DNA of 43,255 bases from Catajapyx aquilonaris (lineage: Eukaryota): NCBI GenBank assembly GCA_000934665.2, contig KZ538192.1, forward strand, positions 62,001 to 105,255. Direction: 5' to 3'. A model generated the notes under the pieces. The model saw only the letters and a list, made by a program, of their open reading frames with translations. It was not told where the DNA came from and did no database searches. The first letter of the stretch is position 1. Every line of letters starts with the position of its first letter. Positions 38,826 through 43,255 of the stretch are shown piece after piece. A program made the translations under genes and the position numbers.

Positions 38826-41451
38826 ACACTATAGTATAGACCAAATCTTCCTGCGTTAATGTAATCTGAAGTACAGTAGTAAGTTATTTGAACAATTAAA
38901 TCACTCAAATTTAACTTTTTAAACACACTCTGGCTGCATGCTTTCCTCAGAAAGACACAATGTTACAATTATTACGCCTATATGTAAAAAAGTTTGAAAG
39001 TTTAAATTGTCATGATCGTCCTTTTTTGCATCCCTTCAACTGAGCTGGATGCAAAATGCTATTACATTTCTGCACAATATGGATAGATCAATGTAATAAT
39101 CGGCCACATAGTCATAACCTGCAGTTGAAAGTAGCGGCACAAACATTCACGTTGATGCGATAACTATTAATTTATTACCGGCACGAGCGTCGGTTAAGTT
39201 AATCAGGCTTAATGTTTGCGGTCGGAGCGGACGAGGTAGAAACTTGTGTGAATAAAATTTTAAACACAGCAACTCACGCATTGTTCCCGGTGTAGTCTTC
39301 AAAGCGGTTGAAAATCCGCAAGGGTGGGTCAGGGGACTGGTGGGACCAGGCTTTTGCCGAATTGTTCGGGAAAATAACGCCAGCAAACTAGTTGATCAAA
39401 CGACGCTTCGCTTTGACCACCGAAGCTCAAAGAGTTTTGTACTAGTATGCTCTATTGGACCGTCAAAGTATGAAACTGAAACTTTGATAGTTTGTGGTGA
39501 TGGTCTCGATGGCGGCTACTTTTTATATTCATGAGGCCTTGTCTTACATGCTGCACTGGGTCCACATGCTGTGGAAGCTGCTGGATGGAATAAAATATTC
39601 ATCACAGCCAACATGCTGTACTCTTTTTTTTCCTAACGTGATAGAATTACACGCTTTAGTAATTACGTGCTTTGCATATATTTTTATGGCGGATTAGCCT
39701 GTTCCATTGCAAAACGAATTGGGTAAGTTAAAAAAAATCTTCTCGGCCTCCAGCCATTTCCATTACATATTTCAAAATTTACATGAAACTACATTGCGGT
39801 GTGCTGTAAGGAGTTGAAGTACCTTCTAACTTGCAGTACATTTACATCCACTCTATGTGGTGCCTGCATGTGGCACTTGGGGTTGATATGGGAAGGTTAT
39901 TCTCACCACAACGTTATGCAGGTTCCTGAATATTGCATTGTATTACAACAACCACTAATAATCTTGAAGCAACGTTGTAGAACATGTGTCGGAAGTACTT
40001 CTGCTACATTTTTTTACCTGTGCCTCCCCTCTTCCAATAGACTGAATACTGTATCACATTTCTGACGCCAGTGGTTTTATATTTATATTATAATAATGTA
40101 CTTGTCTCGAAATCTAAGTGCCGTTAAATATATTTTTATAGGCATGAACGTGCATTATAGTTTCAGGGATTAAGAGCAAAACGGTGCTAGTGCAGCACTC
40201 GAAAGGTTTCAACAATGCACGTACAGTAAGCTGACAAAGGTAACTGCAGTACTGTGCCATTTTATTCAAAAACACTGATGCAGGTTATTTTCACGGGACA
40301 TACGTACTACATGTGCATCATATAATCATCAATGTCTAATGTTTAAAATACATGCGCTGGAATATAATAGCATATGCCCTGGACCAATATGCAGTGTTTG
40401 CTCATTTTTCCACTATGCAAAAAACTACTGCTGATTCTGATATTGCAAATCCAATTATCCAAAGCGAAGGTACAAGTTCTAATGTTTTTTTTTGTTAGTA
40501 TAACTGCACGCATCCACCCCTTAAAAAGCATAGTGTTGCCTGCACCAACACAGGCTGGATGTAGGCCAATAGACCTTTTTTGTCCCCTTCCATTTGGTTT
40601 GGGCTTTAAACTTGGACAACATTATGGGGGGGCATATAGCCGTGGCCCTGTTGGCAACCAGTGCTCCATCCGTATTTATGCAGTTTCCTAATTCCAGTTT
40701 TCCGATGTTAAATCCTACCTTCTTCTTGTCACATCCAAGGCGCCTGTGCAATCTGGGAATTGTCACATCTAATAAGGCCTCCTCCCAACCCCCTGATTAG
40801 CGTCTAGGTATGATAATTATGAGGCTAATCTTACTATTAAAGAGGGATGTGAGCTAACTTGATTTCGCACCTCCAAACACGGGGAGTGGTTTAGGGGGAG
40901 CTGCTAACGAGATCAGGAGCGTCTTCGATGCGACTGCACGAATTTGCAATAGAATATACACCTAGGGTCATTATTAATATGCATCACCGATTAATTTGAG
41001 TCATGTGAAAGGGAAAGGCGGTGGAAGAGGGAGGGAAGGGTGGAGCCAGATCACGTAATGAGTCTCGAAACTGTTGGCGCCTCTGCTACTAAGACATTAA
41101 GGAGTGAATTGAAGCAGCTATGGATTTCTTGAACTTTGAAGCCATCGCCTGGGTGATGAAGGTAATTTACAGGGTGTTATAGACATGGCATGGCCCTCAT
41201 TTTGAACAGTAACGCCCGATGTTATTAAATCTTGCATTCATATATCATGGGCATGAGAAATCCACTAGTCCAAAAACCCAGTTTTGCAATAATATATTTT
41301 TTAAATCCCTTTCACTTGCTTACATGCTGGTGAAGACTGAAAATTCTAGTTTGTTGGCTCATTATGAATTGTTGGGACTATATTATGGACTTTACCAGGC
41401 GACTTTGGTGTAAATAACTCAAAATTGAACTCACTCTATAGTGGATTTCTC

Positions 41452-41749
41452 CTAACTGGCGCCGGTGGACTGGTGTTTAGCGCGCTCGCCTCTGGTCCCA
41501 AAGTTGTGGGTTCGAACCCGGCCGAGGACGACGACTTTTCTCCTGGTGGTAAAAAAGTGAGAGTGCGCCTCCCTTCGGAGGGGAAGTAAAGCCGTCGCGT
41601 CGGTACCGTGTGCTTGTGACATTGTGCGAGTGCACGTTAAAGATCCCCAGAGTGGTCAAATTTCCAGGAGGAGGACCACCCCCTGGCGTCGGTGTTGAGC
41701 CCTAGCAGCAGAAATAGGCCGACGTTAAGCCCCAACTAAAGGTCTTTAA
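41452..41749 (+). mobile_element. Full-length tRNA-derived SINE (family C) with Deu/Nin-like core and 12 bp TSD
   Basis: A-box-like GGTGGACTGGTG and B box GGTTCGAACCC. Core 'ccttcggaggggaagtaaagccg...gtgcacgttaaagatcccc' matches the Deu/Nin SINE domain as I recall it; tail 'gacgttaagccccaa'. Direct repeat agtggatttctc at 41440-41451 and 41750-41761. Confidence 0.88.
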
Positions 41750-43255
41750 AGTGGATTTCTCTTGCATGCCCAAGAAATGTATTCTCATTTAAAAAAATAT
41801 TAAGCAGACTCGTCATTTGAACAGTAGAGTTTCTCTTGAAAGTTGCGGGCAATCTAAAGTACAGATAATTGTGAAAGCATTTAATTACCCGTGGAAATAC
41901 AAGTGTACTCTAGGGTGCATTCCCCAAATAACCATTAGTTGTGCCGACCTGTCTGCTAGGGAAATGGATTATGCTATTAAAATATCTCTGCTGCAAAAAA
42001 AGACATTTTTGTGCGAATGCGCGGAAATTGACATGGGAGTGATGTATTCGTGGTATTCGCCGTGTTGCATTCAATTAAAAGTTGTGTGGCTCCAATTAGC
42101 GTGCATTATGAATCTCTCCCTGGAGAGATGTTAAATTTGAGTGCAGTTTTCATTTGAACATCATTCGAGAGAAAAGCACACGGTTTTATTCGGCGCGTGG
42201 AACTGCACGGTTTTGTCATCTATAACGGCCTAAATGCATGTGGATTACAAGGGTTCATTTTTGTAAACTTGTTGTTTGGGACGCGGATATGATTTATTTT
42301 TCACCAGCCCGCCAGCCATCATTTCAAACGCTTTATTCGAATGTGGAACATGTTGCATATAGTGAAGCTGCTGTTTTCTGATACAATTTGGTCACTGAAA
42401 TTGGAAGTAATATCCGATTTGGGAGGGAGAGGGGAGGAGGTAGAGGAGGGGGAGTAAAAAATATCTGACTGTGTCTGTTTTATATACATAGTAATTTCGC
42501 GTAATCCCAAAAGGGAAACGAGATGCGATTCGCATGGGACTCGAGTCGTCCCGTCGGGATTAAAGGAAATTGCGGACCACTCGGGCCCATCTCCGCCATA
42601 CCGGTGTGCATTGTACCGAATCCGTCGAATATGCATATATAGGGAGAGCTCACTTCGATTTCTTCTCTAGCCCAAACCTTTTCCGCTTCCTGCGATCGGC
42701 TCACACCGGTATAGCAACCAATACAAACATGCTATAATGGCGTAATAGTTGTGATGCAAATCAAAACACCATGCTGTGTTATGAGCTTAACTGAGTTTGT
42801 GATTATGTGGCAGTAGTGTAAATACTCACTGGACACTGCAATAGAGCTCGTTGGCATTTATTTACGAATTTAACACCAATGTGGAAAAATTGGATTACTT
42901 TCATCTGGGTGAACTCGACCAGATGAATACGATACAATGTGTATGTACACTTTCTGCATAAAGGCGATGAAGGATGGCAGGCAAATATTTTGGGATTTTT
43001 GTTTCAGAATAATTGCCTTTTTTGTTGTTCTGGTACTACAACATGAAGCTCCGAAAGAACTTGTAAACATCGCTGCTATTTTCTGCTCTACAATGTCAAA
43101 ATGGCAAGCACTTATTTCATAAAGATATCCATACGCGTATAACTCGGAGGCAATAAACCTACCCTTTTAGCAACATATTTTGATACACTGGGTGATTCAG
43201 CACGACAAACTTATAATTAGAACTTTTAAAGTGCATCCGCTATCAAGCACTGAAC

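Noticed and set aside
38382..38834. 150 aa ORF
   Set aside because: Falls within the palindromic MITE; no transposase motifs.

Overview
This is eukaryotic (arthropod/insect-like) genomic DNA, not a prokaryotic locus. Almost all ORFs in the track look spurious. Most of the window is intronic sequence of one minus-strand gene encoding a two-Ig-domain cell-recognition protein of the beaten path (Beat) family. Three coding exons can be read with canonical splice sites and matching phases: 28625-28490, 22322-22189 (absent from the ORF track in its true frame) and 3195-2961. They join into 168 codons covering the end of Ig1, all of Ig2 and the start of the linker. The introns between them are 6167 bp and 18993 bp. 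I found no upstream Ig1 exon in the window, and the terminal exon is unresolved. The introns hold small non-autonomous mobile elements: three full-length tRNA-derived SINEs with exact 12-17 bp target-site duplications (TSDs), truncated SINE relatives, and several MITEs. The MITEs include a 936 bp element with ~340 bp inverted arms nested in a hAT-like remnant, a P-like element with a 7 bp TSD, a hAT/P-like element with an 8 bp TSD, and two Harbinger-like palindromes. The most interesting observations are modular body/tail shuffling among the SINEs, two possible alternative C-termini for the Beat protein, and long intronic hairpins. I see no convincing evidence for a new multi-gene system.
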